From positions 558,001 through 622,000 of the forward strand of contig OZ176053.1 of the NCBI GenBank assembly GCA_964247055.1: 64,000 nt of DNA, written 5' to 3'. This DNA comes from Paragordius varius (Eukaryota > Animalia > Nematomorpha). Positions 12,889 to 26,318 of this stretch are shown one piece after another (position 1 is the first letter of the stretch; every line of letters begins with the position of its first letter). The notes below the pieces were generated by a model, which did no database searches, was not told the origin of the DNA, and was given only the letters and a program-made list of their open reading frames with translations. The translations under genes and the position numbers were made by a program.

Positions 12889-15800
12889 CTAATCTCCCAT
12901 ACTATTTTCATCTTCGTTCAAATATGATTTTAACATTTCAGGAGGTGCTGAATAAAACTTAAGCGCTCTATCCATACCAGTTGATGCTAAAAACCTGGCA
13001 TTTGGTCCAAAACGAACTCCTGTATTCATATTACCTAAAGCAGATTAAAAAAATTACTATATACCACAGTAAAAATTGAAATTGTATGGACAAAACGCTA
13101 AAATGTAAAGATAAATGTTTTTTTGTAAAAAACAACCATACTCTTTTAAACCTTGATTTTTTATACATAACTTATAGTTTTAAACCGCAAAGTATGAAAT
13201 TGATGTGTATATTAGTAGCACAATTAATTATATATATATATATATATATTACAATTGTAAATAATTAAATGTTTTTTATAGGATAAATTACGGTCTAACA
13301 TATGGTCTTCTGAAATAAAATTTTTGTCTTTACATTTTTACGTTTTGTCCGTATATAATTTCAGTTTTTATTGTAATTATATACTTATCAACACTTAAAA
13401 TACATATTAAATTATATTTTTTAGTTTTTTCCCCCAAAATTAGTTTCAAACTGGTTAATTTAAATCATACCAGTTAAATTTGCAGCTGTATTATCATTGG
13501 TAAAAGTATTCAACAAAGTCCATTGTTTAGATAAGTATACTCTCACATCATTCCCAGCCACGGCTAAATAATTGCCTGAATTGTCAAACGATAAAGCCTT
13601 AATATCGTATCTAATAAATACAGCATATAAAATATTAAAAATTGGTGTAGAGAATTTTTTTAAAATTATATTAAAAACTGAAATTATACGGACATAAATT
13701 AATGTATAAAGACAAGTATTTTTATTCAAGAGACAACCATACTTTTTAAAATCTTAATTTTGATATTTAAAATATTTAATTACAATCGTAAGCTGGATAA
13801 TTGATTGTGCTACTAATTTACATTTTTTTATATTTTGCAGTTTAAAACTATATTTGAAAGCAAGGTTCAAAAAATATGGTTGTCTTATAGAAAAAAATAA
13901 TTGTCTTTATACTTTAACATTTTGTCCGTATAATTTCTATTTTTAATGTATATTAAAACAAAAAAATTAAATAATTACTTTATCTAATAAATACACCCTT
14001 AATTTTTTATTTTAGCTTATTAATTGTGGGAATGCAAATACGCAATAAAGATGTATTAATTTTAAATTTCACAATTTCTAATCATGGTAAGTATTATAAG
14101 AATTCAATGGTAATAAATATGTTATTATAGGTTTTCAATTTTATATTAATTTTTTCATTTAAACTGTATTTGTAGTTATTGTTTCCCCAAAGTTAAATAA
14201 ATTATCCAACATATATAAAAAAACCTCTAACCCAAAATTTTTTATAAAACTCAAAATCCATATATATTATATTGTATTAACTTACTTTAGATCAGTTTCA
14301 TTTTCTAACATAGAGATAGTTTTGAAATTTTTGAGTTTCCGTAAATCCCACAACTTAACTAAGCTATCATCAGCCGCCGTGGCTAGATAATAACCATTTT
14401 CAGAAAAAGCAAGAGCAGTAATAGGACCAGAGTGTCCAGGAAAATTTGCAACATTTGATTTTTCCTAAATTCGAAAAAAATGAATGATTTAAAACAATTT
14501 AGCAAATATTCTAGAGCATATTAATCTGTTAGCAATACTATTTCCAATTCAAATTCACCCTTGAACAATTCAAGCATAATATAAATAATATAATATATAT
14601 GGTTATGGCATAGTTTATAATTTTTCATGTATTAAGTTAAAGTTAAATGAAACTCTATCTTTTTAAAAATATAAAAAATATAGGTAATTTATAATTTAAA
14701 AAACACACAAATTTTAGGGTGAATAAATTGTTCGAGGGTGAATTTAAACTGTAAATGGTATATAATAAATATATGGGCATTAACTATATCATCAGAAATG
14801 ATAAACTTTAACCACGTATAACTCAAAATTATGTTTAATACAGGTTTCATTTGTTCTGATATACGGCAATCACTTAATTGTTGGCCAGTTCACGTTATTT
14901 TTGGGGGCAATACAGTAAGGTATGCGTAAAAAACAATAAATGGGTGAAATGAAACACAATATTTTCTCACCTTTCCACATTAATAATTTTGTATATTTTG
15001 GACTTTATTTTAAACTATACGATACTGTACTGCCAAGATTGTAATATCAATTTTTTATTTCTAAAAAAGATCGCTTTAAATGTTTTAAAAAACCTTTAAA
15101 TCCCAAATTTTAATGTTGGAATCTTGTGTTCCCGCCCCAAAAATAAGTCCATCCGGATGGAATTGAATGCAGGTGAGAGGCGTGGTGTCCTTAACCTTAC
15201 AAACTATTTTGCCCGAAGCATTTATGTCGGAAAAAGACCAAGTTTCATCCAGGGAACTGGCTAATACATAATCTCCTGTTGGGTGTAATGATATACCTAG
15301 TAGAAAAAACAGTTGATTAGTAGAAAAATGATAAAAATAATGCAAAATAAACGTAAAATAAAAAAAATGTGATTTTTTGATAGGATTAGAAGCATAACTA
15401 TTAATGCAAAAACTATGTTTAAAAATTTTAGCAAAAAATATTGGTTATTACCATTATTTATTGTTAAATATTTATTTTGTTTCCATTTTTTTAAGTACAC
15501 ATGAATAGCCCAATTATTCGGATATAATAATAAATTCCAAATATATATTGCAGACTACCCTACTTTGGTGTGATAACTAAAAAAAAATATTATGATAAAA
15601 TAACTACCGTTAATCTTTAAATGAAAATTATGGTCGTTTTTTAAATAAAAACCGTTTACTTGGCTAAATTATAAAAACTCAAGTCCTAAATTAGGTTTAA
15701 AACTTGCTATTCAGCGTTTTAAATTTCTTTTCTTAGCACTCATTTATACAGTAAAAATTGATATTATATGAAAATGTAAAATTTTTTTTAAAAAAAACAA

Positions 15801-18685
15801 AAAGCATACTTTTGAATTTTTATATATAACTGATTGTTTTAAACTTTAAATTATAATATAGAAATGTAAATTGGTGACACAATCTATTATGTATTTTACG
15901 ATTGCGATTAAATAATTTTTATTGGATAAATTAAACGTTAAAAAAAGTATGGTTTTGTCTTTATAGTTTTACGTTTTGTCCCTATAACATCTTATTTTTA
16001 CAGTAAGTCGTTTTATAAATAAAAACCGTTTAGATCGCTAATTCAAGTTTTTATAAAAAGTAGAATCCCTATGTTAAGTTATAATACAGCGAAATATCCC
16101 GAGCTTAAATTTTTTTCTTTTTACATTTTTAATCTTAAAAAGTACAGTAAAAATTGAAATTATACGGATAAAACGTAATAAAGACAATTTTTTTTAAAAA
16201 CAACCATACTTTTCAAAACCTTAATATTTCTCATATAAGCTATTTAGTTACAATTGTAAAATGAACAAGTGATTGTGTTAGTAATATATATCTCTATTTC
16301 ACAATTTGCCATTTTAAAAAAATGAGTTATATTGAAATAAATCAAGATTTAGAAAAGTATGGTTTTGTCTTTTAAAAAAAGATATTTTTCGTTATATTTT
16401 TACGTTTTGACCCTCGTATAATTCCAATTTTTACTATAATTAAAATATCTAAAAAATATCTCAAAAATAAAAAAATATCCACCCGTTACAGGAGCCGTAT
16501 GAGCTCTAATAATTTTAGTGCAATGTTCTGTGCCCACATCCCATATCCGGACTGATTTATCCCACGAGGAAGATAGTATCACGTCTCTTTCATTATGATA
16601 AATGACTGATGTCACTTTTTTCATGTGACCTTAATGCAAATAGATAATAATTATAAAATCTGGTCTTAATTACCGCTGTAAAAGTTTTACAATTTTAGGT
16701 TTTACTAATCAATAAAAGGCATTTATAATATATATATATATATATATATATTTATTTAACTTGAGGATAGATATATAGAAAAAAAAGTAGTTGTAAAACA
16801 ATAAAAAATATGATAATTTTACAAAGGAAAAATTCGATTACCTATTATATTAAAATACTCATTTAAAAGCCACAAGTAAAAAACTATAACGCATTATTCA
16901 TTATATCATATTAAATCAATTATTTTAAGAGTATGGTATGAAAAAAAAACCAAAAAAGGTCATTTTTCCTAAAGCTTAATTTTATATTAAAAAAATTTGT
17001 AGAATAAAACAAAATTTTTTTATACCTTTAAACGTTGCCGCCACTTGATTGGTGGTTCGATCAAAAATAACGACATTTTTATCGTTGCCCCCGGTAACGC
17101 ATTTATTAGCATCTTGGGGTGAAATATCAAGACACAAAATCCCAGGATCACTGGCACTATGTAATCCTATGTGACTGGAAGCCTTTTATTAAAATAGACA
17201 TAAAAAAGTTTTCCATATGAAACAAAAATTAAATAAAACAAAAATAAAAAGTTAAAGACCAATATTTTTGTGTAAAAAACAGCATATTTTTTAATCAATT
17301 CAATATCGTTTTAAAATTCGAAATAAAGAGGAGGCATGTAAATTGATAAAGAGTCGATGTTTTAAAAAGTGTATAATCTTAAAGTAATACAAAACCAAAT
17401 ATCAAAAATTATTTGTCTTTTATTGATGCTATGCCTTTGTAATTTAAATATACCGTAAATTTTTTTGCCAAATAAAGGTTTTTAAAATAAAATACCAATT
17501 TAAAAGTTTTCATAGTTTCGGGTTTCGTCAACTCTTCCGGCATAGTCTTGACTCGTTTTTTGCGCTCGGTAGTTAAGATTGCGGCTTTGTCTTGTAACTT
17601 TTGTACAACCTAAAGATGGAAAAAACAAAAAAATATTAAAAAAAACATATCACAATAAAATTAAATATATAAGGTCAAACTTATTTGTTCCTAAGAAAGA
17701 GTGCAGTCCGATCAAAAATTTTATAGAATTAACTATATTAATTTCAATACATTCCGTAGTCTATTAAATTAAATTATAAAAAATCAAAATTTAAAAAGTA
17801 GTATGGTTTTCTTTGAGAAAACAACATTTGTCTTTATACTTTTACGGTTTGTCCGTATAATTTCAGTTTTTACTGAAAAACTAAAAATCAAACTTTTGCA
17901 TAGAAATATATATAAAATAAAAATATTACCGCATCAGTCATGCCCTCCTCTTCATCGTATTTAACGCGTTCGGGCTCCCCTTCAATCTGTGCGCCTGAAA
18001 AAATATGTGTATAAAAACCATGATTTATCACATTAATATCATTTTTAAGTTACATATTTAAAGATTATAAATAATTTTAAACTATCCATCTATCTCGTGT
18101 ATGAACATTTTAAAAGTTTACAAAATTTCCATATATATCTTGCTTTATAAATGTGTACAAAAGATCTAAGATTGATAAAAACAAACCTAATATCTAATTA
18201 AAATTTCAAATAAAAAAAATTATACCAGATTGATTAAGATGCTGTGGCTGTTGTACAACGACTTGAGGTTTAAGTGTGGCCAAAGCTTCCCGAGCAGCGG
18301 CGACTTCTTTATTGAGACGAGCGATAACGCGACACGCCGCATCATGTTGATATAAGGCATGTGACAACTCTTGTCGAGTCGTTTGAAGTTGCTGTCTAAT
18401 GCTAAAACTATGGAGCATAAGGGCATCCCATTCATCCTGAAGTGATTTAAGCAGGGCTGGGATACTCGTAGCCGATGGCGGACGTGGTTTTATAATGGTT
18501 TGATTGGGGTAAATTTTTACATCAATCAACATATCGAGCGTTAAAGGCTCGCCATTAACTGGATCAACTTCCCCCTTTTCTGCCAAGTACTTTTCAATAA
18601 TTCGTTTCTCAAATATAGAACCAGAAGCTGGTGAAACAACAGGATTTTCAGGGACCTCATTGGTAATTGCGCAAATTAGAGACAT
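12889..18685 (-). CDS. PRPF19: Pre-mRNA-processing factor 19 (U-box, coiled coil, WD40), complete, 536 aa
   Basis: Exons: 18685-18226, 17994-17930, 17609-17496, 17182-17026, 16629-16483, 15296-15094, 14464-14286, 13610-13471, 13034-12889. Translation includes the U-box [57 protein letters not shown], and the WD40 motifs [11 protein letters not shown] and [42 protein letters not shown]. Confidence 0.97.
13067..13373. mobile_element. MITE family A copy (PRP19 intron)
   Basis: CAGTAAAAATTGAAATTGTATGGAC ... GTCCGTATATAATTTCAGTTTTTATTG, with an internal (TA)n. Confidence 0.85.
16145..16436. mobile_element. MITE family A copy (PRP19 intron)
   Basis: TA|CAGTAAAAATTGAAATTATACGG ... CGTATAATTCCAATTTTTACTA. 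Confidence 0.85.
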
Positions 18686-19800
18686 GTTTTACCGAATGTA
18701 AAAATATGAAAAAATGTGTTATATTAAACAGAGGTGGGGTAACAAAAATTAATTGATTCGCAAGATTTCGTCATGATTTCTTTCGTGTGATAAATTAAAC
18801 ATAAGTCAAGCAAAACACTTGAACTACCAAGTGTGGTAAGACATACTTGACACATGAAAAAATAGACAAAATTATTTTGGCGATTATTTATATATGTACT
18901 ATTTAGCTTTATATAAAATTGGAACCCTTGTATAAGCTTTTTATTTGATAATTGTTGGCTACATATCCAAATAGGTAGGATACAAAAGAGGATAAAATTT
19001 TGGATAAAATATGCTAATTGTATATATTGCATGTAAAATTTTAAAACAGCAAAAATTACAAACATATTTTAAAAGTTTTTAACACATCGATTTAAAATGG
19101 CGTATGTTAATATATGAGAATATTTGAATTCATTATAGCTATATACCGTTTCCATCCTTCCTCAAAATAGCATGATGTATGCTTCAACATAATTTTGCAA
19201 AAATTTAAATTTTGAAAACTATGGATTTTCAAAAAATATTTTTAGTTGATGTAAAGATTTAGCTATTTTTTATCATGGCATTTTTACCCTTACTTCAAAA
19301 GAACTAGCACATTTTAGAGGAGCAAAAAATATTGGGACTTTCGGAGTTTATATCTAACAATTAAAGTTTAAATATTGATTTTCCTTTATATGTAGTTGAT
19401 GATATATTTTAGTGATTTTGGAATAAGGCATTTACCTTTCACCAAAATGTTTTTTTACAAAAAAATGGGGCAAATTTTGCGATTCTTGTTGTGGCGCACT
19501 TGCCACAAAGGAGTAAATATCTTTATTCATTACTAAGGGTCAAAACCAAGAGGATCATGATACTCTTACATTTTTCGAACAGAAAAATATATATTTATCA
19601 GCTTATTTTTTTATACCCCCCGATTTTTGACGCAGTACGACTTTTATCACTTCTTCTTGAATACACATACTTTTTTAATTTTAATAACAAAATTATTCAT
19701 CATTATTTTATCTTTATCCTTCCTATACGCCAACAACATTTCAATAAAATTAATAAATCAGGGTATATATTTTTCAAATACTATTTTATGACATCTAACA

Positions 19801-20074
19801 CAGTGGTGTCCAACACGCGAGCTTCCGAAACTTTATTTACATCCCGCGAAAAAATTGAAAATTCATAATTTGCAAAAATATGCTCACAAAATCTTAGCAA
19901 AAGTGATGTTTCGCAAAACAATTTTTCTAAATGAGAACTACAAAAAAATTATATTGAGTTTTTTATGGTCTGCAATTTAAATGATTTATTATGTCGTATG
20001 TATTTCGAGTACAGCGTCGGATTTTTTAAGTTAAAAAATTTGACCTGCGAAGACATGTGTGTTTGACACTCCGG
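19801..20074. mobile_element. hAT-type MITE
   Basis: TIR CAGTGGTGTCCAAC / GTTTGACACTCCGG. The 8-bp TSD ATCTAACA / ATCTAGCA matches at 7 of 8 positions and resembles the NTCTAGAN target of Charlie-like hAT elements. Confidence 0.7.
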
Positions 20075-21968
20075 ATCTAGCATATCCTCGTCCCCAAAAC
20101 GAATTATCCTGGTTATGGGCAAACTGTCTAGAATTTTAATTCCGCCATGAGACTTACAATCAAACTAGTCATCCTAAAAACAATGATTTTCAGTTACCAT
20201 TTATTGGTGTGAATTATAGTTATGTAGATCCATATATAAAAATTCATTTCAAAGTACGGGATATTTTGAGATGTCCCGAAAAGCCCACATCTTTAACAAA
20301 AACCCAATTTCTTTTACAATCTTATAATCTACCGAAAATATCTCGGTCATATTCTCCAAACCGAAAAGCTTGAAACAAACATTATCCTTGATTAGTTTGA
20401 ACCCACAAAAGACACGGCCTCAAAAAAATGTGGCTTTAATATTCTTGAAACAGTTACAAACCCTATACTTTCTCAATTGATTTGGACTGCTCACCATCTG
20501 AAATGAAAAACACTAATTTATGGTAAGAATCGCTACGCGATTAGCTTCTAACGAAAACATAAAATATGAAATGACAAGTAAAAATTTAATTTAAAAGGAC
20601 AAAAGGCAAAATTATAAAGGCAAATATATCTAGAAGACAACCATACTTTTTATAAACTACTTAGTTTGGTTACAAGTATAAAATATAGAACTGATTGTGT
20701 TTGTATTATATATCTCAATTTCATACTTTTCTATTTAAAACAATGAGTTATATTGAAAATCTGGATATTAAAAATATGGTTGTCTTTAATGAAAAAAATT
20801 TTTCTCTTTATATTTTTACATTTTGTCCATATAATTTCAGTTATTGTATTAGCTACAATAGTTTCCCAACTTTTAAACATCGATGCCTTAAAAAGGTCCA
20901 AAATCACTTAATATTTCTTATTTTGTGTTTTTACCTGATGAAAAAATTTAGACTGTATCTACTTGACCCTTTTTTGTATTTTTTCTATCCTAATTATTCT
21001 CTTTAATGCATTAGATATTTACCTATAAGCATAAACATTATTCTACTGTTATTATAGTAAATATTCAACTCACTAAAGCAAAAACTTCGACTTTTTGTAT
21101 TTTAATCTACAAAATATTATTATCAATTTAAAAATAATAAAAATATTACATAATAACATGAAAGGTAACAGGCATGCTATAGAAAAATTAAATATTACTC
21201 GTATTTGGAAAGTAATATAGAATCCGTAATTAAACGCAGAATTGCTATGGCCAAAACGGTTGCAATTAATTTTAATAAAATCTGGGCATGACAAAACTTT
21301 TACAGTAAAAATTATAATTATACGTACAAAACGTAAAAATATAATGAAATATTTTTATCTAATAAACAACCATACTTTTTGAAACTTAATATTTCCTATA
21401 TATGCTATTTAGTTACAATTATAAAATATAGAATTGATTGTGTTAGTAATTATATTGTTTGTCTTTTAAAAAAAATTGTCTTTATGTTTTACGTTTTGTC
21501 CGTATAGTTTCAGTTTTTAATGTGAATCCGCCAAACCAATTTTTAAATATAAAAAGATATTAAATTTATTACAATTTAACTTACAAATTTAATTTCAAAC
21601 AAAATAAAACAGTTGGAATACAAATCATATTAATAAAAATAATATATAATAATGGTGCGTGATGTCTACCACCTTATCCCATTAAAACGCTGGCATCCAA
21701 TATACTATCGACATTTTACATCAATGTCAAGAACCCATAAGATTTGAGGTAATTTTAGGCAGTAAACAACCAGTTTCAGTAAACCTGTCTGGCCTTTCCG
21801 TTCCGAATCTACAAAGCTTGATTCGGTTTATCCCTCATAAAGAAAGATAAGAAGAAAGCCTAGCTAGACATTTATTCAAGGGCACATGATACTGCCGATA
21901 TGTTAATAAAAATCCAGCATCGACACGTCTGAGAGAATTCCAACAGTTACTTCAGCCCGGTATATATA

Positions 21969-24006
21969 CCATTTGCACTTAGAGAGTGTCCTTGAACACC
22001 AAGTTGGTCCTTGAACATTTGAAGTTAGTCCTTACACACTTCAAGTTGGTCCTCGGACACTTCTAGTTGGTCCTTGAACATTAGTTGGTCCCTGAACACT
22101 TTAAGTTGGTCCTTTGACTTTTTATTTAACTTTTATCAATCAAATCGTAAATCATTCATCTAATTTATCGTTTTGTTAGGCAAATTTGAAAGATATACTT
22201 TATTTTTATAATATTTTTCTGTGTTATATGCAAATGTGATATACATACTTTGGTTATATATTATAACTTTAACCCCTTATTTGAATTGTATTATTTTTGA
22301 TATTTTTTGTGTTATATGTAAATATACAACCTTTGTTACTTGGAATTTTATTGATATAATGCAAATCATGGACAGTTAAAATTGCTATATATACACCTTA
22401 AAAAACCAAATAAAAAATTCAATTCATTTCACATTTCTTTTATTATCTCTTATCTTAAAAGATAAAATTGGTGGCCAAGACGAGTACCGAACTAATCTAA
22501 CAACTTATCTAACACAACAGTAGAACCTCCGGGTTCCAAACTCGGATGGTGGAGATAGAGCCCAAAGTGCAACAACCATGACAATGTCAATTGCCAATAT
22601 CACCAGCTTGTCCATTAAAAATTATAATGATAATACCAATTATAGCAATGGTAATAATTTTAATCGATCACAATAATACAAACCACTGAAACATTCGCAC
22701 AAGGGTTATGGGAGTATTCATGGGCCAAGCAAATGTCCCGCCTGGAACCGCAATTGCAAACGCGGAAAACCCAACCATTTCGCTAATGTAGATCAAAAAA
22801 ACACTGCCAAAAAAAATGTTCAACCGCCATTGCACTGAAAGCGAACGGGCTAATAATCTATAGCAACTTTGGAATCATTATCAACAAATGGCTGGGGAGG
22901 ACTCCCACATCATTCAACAATTGATGGATGGGTAAGTAAGATTGGCGCGGACAAACTTGTAATAAGATTGATCGGTAAGACGCCTACCTCCCCAGGCCGA
23001 GTTAAAGCTACACCTCGACGATTTCAACAATAAGAGGATGTGTCAGTTACAAAAGGACACTGTTTAGATTCGTTACAGCGCCCATAGTATATCAGTGCGC
23101 CTGGACCAGTTTCAAAGGAATGGTCTAGGGTGGCAGGCAGAGATCAAAGGAAACACGTCGACACACATAACATAGGATGTTATCTTTCAAACCAAGATTC
23201 GTCGACACACCGCCAACTTAACGACACCCACTCAAAAAAGTAGTGATGTTAGGCAAATTTGAAAGATATACTTTATTTTTATAATATTTTTCTGTGTTAT
23301 ATGCAAATGTGATATACATACTTTGGTTATATATTATAACTTTAACCCCTTATTTGAATTGTATTATTTTTGATATTTTTTGTGTTATATGTAAATATAC
23401 AACCTTTGTTACTTGGAATTTTATTGATATAATGCAAATCATGGACAGTTAAAATTGCTATATATACACCTTAAAAAACCAAATATCAAAAATAATACAA
23501 TTCAAATAAGGGGTTAAAGTTATAATATATAACCAAAGTATGTATATCACATTTGCATATAACACAGAAAAATATTATAAAAATAAAGTATATCTTTCAA
23601 ATTTGCCTAACACGTTTCTAACCTATTTCCTATCATTTAACATAAATGTTAAATCAATATCAACTTTAAATCATTGAAAAACCGTATATCTTTATTAATC
23701 TCTTAAAATTATTTTGGATATTTATAAGTATGTTTTCTGGGTTAGTATTTCAAATTTTTCATTGAAAACATTAAAAGTTAATAATTTAGTTAAATTGGAA
23801 AAAATTAGTTTGAAATAAATAAGTGGTTTTTGAGTAAATTTTTTTATTTTTAAATGAATATATAATAAATAAAGAAAATTAGGTTAAAAAATAATAAAAT
23901 AAAAAAATACATGAAAAAATTATGGTTATCAAAATTTAAAAATTTTAAGGCCAACTTGAAGTGTTCAAGGACCAATTTGAAGTGTTTAAGGACACTCTTC
24001 TAGTGA
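21969..24006. mobile_element. MITE family C (CCATTTGCAC terminus, 21-bp TTCAAGTTGGTCCTTGAACAC repeats), interrupted by the gypsy-derived element
   Basis: Left terminus TATA|CCATTTGCAC with about 7 subterminal repeats. The right arm has inverted repeats and a degraded end. The body matches the reverse complement of 56608-57064. Confidence 0.75.
22174..23612 (+). mobile_element. Non-autonomous Ty3/gypsy-derived element with identical 239-bp direct repeats and 132-bp terminal inverted repeats; 5-bp TSD CGTTT
   Basis: TG...CA ends flanked by CGTTT at 22169-22173 and 23613-23617. Direct repeats at 22174-22412 and 23247-23485. Purine tract AAAAAAGTAGTGA precedes the 3' repeat. A degenerate gag double zinc knuckle (GYGSIHGPSKCPAWNRNCKRGKPNHFANV) lies at 22704-22790, after an in-frame stop. 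23481-23612 is the reverse complement of 22174-22305. Confidence 0.85.
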
Positions 24007-24812
24007 TTATATACTACTTTTTAATGTCCATTTCGTCCTTTCCACTCAGATTACGGATGGATAAGGCAAAAAAGCAGTTTTAAACAAAATATTTTATATT
24101 TGGATGAAGAAAATTGTGGACTCGTTACCAAGGGACTCCAAGCCAACCTAATTGTCAAAATATCAGTAACAATTCTGGATAAGGAAAACTAATTTACACT
24201 CTACTAAAGCAAGGCAATATCATCTGGTTATTTTAAATAACAAGGATCTAATTTAAATAAAAATAAATAATATTATGGTATCGGATATGTTGTTATGCTG
24301 CAATCTAATTATTTTCTTATTACGTGCAAACAGATTAATCACAATATCTTTCCAGCAATTTATAGTGATAATAAGAAAATTGGAGTGTCAGGAGATATTG
24401 GCTAGTTCTAATAGATACTTTTAGTCTCTGATAACAGGTCCCGATTTTCTTCATCAGAATTCAAACAATATTGTTTCAGACCGAATATTAATCAAATTTT
24501 TAACCACCCTTAATCCAAATGAAAGGGACGATTCGCAGATTAAAAAAGAATTGGTCAGAAAAAACTGCTGGAAATCTTTTAGACGTGGCGATACTAAATT
24601 ATCTATCAATGTAAGTGTCACCCGTGTTTCTAAGGATGTCCAGTCAAGGTAATTTTTAACTTTTTTTATGGTGATCACCCCTGGAAAATTAACGGCTAAT
24701 AAAATGCTTTAAACGGTGCGTTTGGAGAATTCTTTACATAAAAGGATAAACAAATTTACGAATATCCACCCAAAATAAAATGATCCTGATACATGTCATT
24801 CATTGCCTTTTA

Positions 24813-24937
24813 CAGTAAAAATTGAAATTATACGGGGAAAACGTAAAAAACAACCATACTTTTTGAAACCTTGATTTTTCTCATATAAACTTTTTAGTTA
24901 CAATTGTAAAATATAGAATTGACTGTGTTTATAATAT

Positions 24938-24975
<38 letters not shown>

Positions 24976-25102
24976 TTCAGACCTTTCCATAACAATGGTT
25001 GTATTGAAATAAATAAAGATTAAAAATCTATGGTTGTCTTTTAGAAAAAAAATATTTGTCTTTACATTTTACGTTTTGTCCGTATAAATTCTGTTTTTAC
25101 TG
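24813..25102. mobile_element. MITE family A copy (intergenic)
   Basis: TA|CAGTAAAAATTGAAATTATACGG ... CCGTATAAATTCTGTTTTTACTG|TA. Confidence 0.87.
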
Positions 25103-25596
25103 TACATTTGTTAAAATATATTTTATAACAAAGCCCCCGATGGGCCATAGAATTATTTTTGTTGGATTTATAACTTAATATTTCCTAATCAATGTTAATT
25201 GGGCAGAAACATAAATTAAATGATATAAAGTTTAAAAAATGAGGGTTCATAACATTCTCCTTGTATTAATTTAAATAATTTTTTAAATTTATTTTGAAGA
25301 TAATAAGACATATTAACTGCAAAATAGATTACAATATAATCAATTGTATGGGATAAATGCATATTTGCTAAAAATTACAAATAAATGCTATCATAAAAAT
25401 GATTGCTATAAATGCCATATTAGCTAATAGATTGTTGAAAAAGCACCTCAAAAAATTTAGATCAGAAAAACTATACTCGCCATAAATACTAAAAATTTAA
25501 GTAAAATAAGCTATCACAAAATATAAAATCAATATTGCATAGTGATGGTAAAAATGAGCCTCTAAATAAAAAAAGAAATCATCAATAGGTTGTTAA

Positions 25597-26318
25597 TTAA
25601 AATGTTTCGATTCGAAACGGTGAGCCAGGGATATGTTCATTGCCCCATAGCACAGTTATAAAGTAAATTCCGCTTTCAGCAATTTCATAATTGACCACAA
25701 AAGTTGAATCCAATAAGGTGTCTCCATTTTGGCTCTCAAATTTGCTTATATCATCATTACTTTCGCTGTTATATCGTTTCAAATCACCATTAGGCAAAGA
25801 TTGAGATTTATCTGCCCTGGTGACACTTATATGTCGGACATATATTGGTTTAGTATCGTAAACTTCAGATATCGAATTACTAAGCGTTTTAGAAAAGGAA
25901 CTAGTTTCTGAGGTGACTATACCATTTGAAATTTGTGTGGGTACTATGTTTTCATTATAACTGAGGGTTGTTTGTGCACTACTATGGACAGAATAATTTG
26001 TTGATGATTGATAGCTGCTACTTTCAAACTGGGATAAAGCGAGTTTTTCCGTTTGTTCAGTGGTGATGTCAGATTCATTATTAGTTATGGTTGAGAATGT
26101 TTTTTGATTATTTATCAAAGACGTGTGACAGGATGATGAATTTACAATGTGGCCATTAGGTAAAAGCCCTGATTTAAATGGAGAAGAATTCCCCAAGCTT
26201 GTAATAGAATCAGTTGCAAAAGTGTTTGATGTCAAAATATTATCATTGCTGGGGTTTGGAGATTGCCTTCCTTCAGGAGTGTGGTAACCAATAATACCAA
26301 CCATTAACATACCATCAC
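25597..26318 (-). CDS. FLN: Filamin terminal exon B: second half of Ig24 with long S/T/N-rich inserts, ends in TAA
   Basis: Phase-1 acceptor taattag|GT. 722-nt open exon encoding [15 protein letters not shown]...[insert]...IYVRHIS...[insert]...[34 protein letters not shown], which matches the FLNA Ig24 end (TLVVKWGDEHIPGSPYRV). Confidence 0.82.

Noticed and set aside
18724-21294. ORFs 18724-19065, 19491-19868, 20695-21006 and 21073-21294 as genes
   Set aside because: They have I/F/K/N/Y-biased composition, overlap foldback or MITE sequence, and carry no recognisable motifs.
22468-22485. TGGTGGCCAAG as a tRNA primer-binding site
   Set aside because: The position is plausible, but only about 7 nt resemble a tRNA-Leu 3' end and no CA precedes it, so the primer cannot be assigned without the species' tRNA set.
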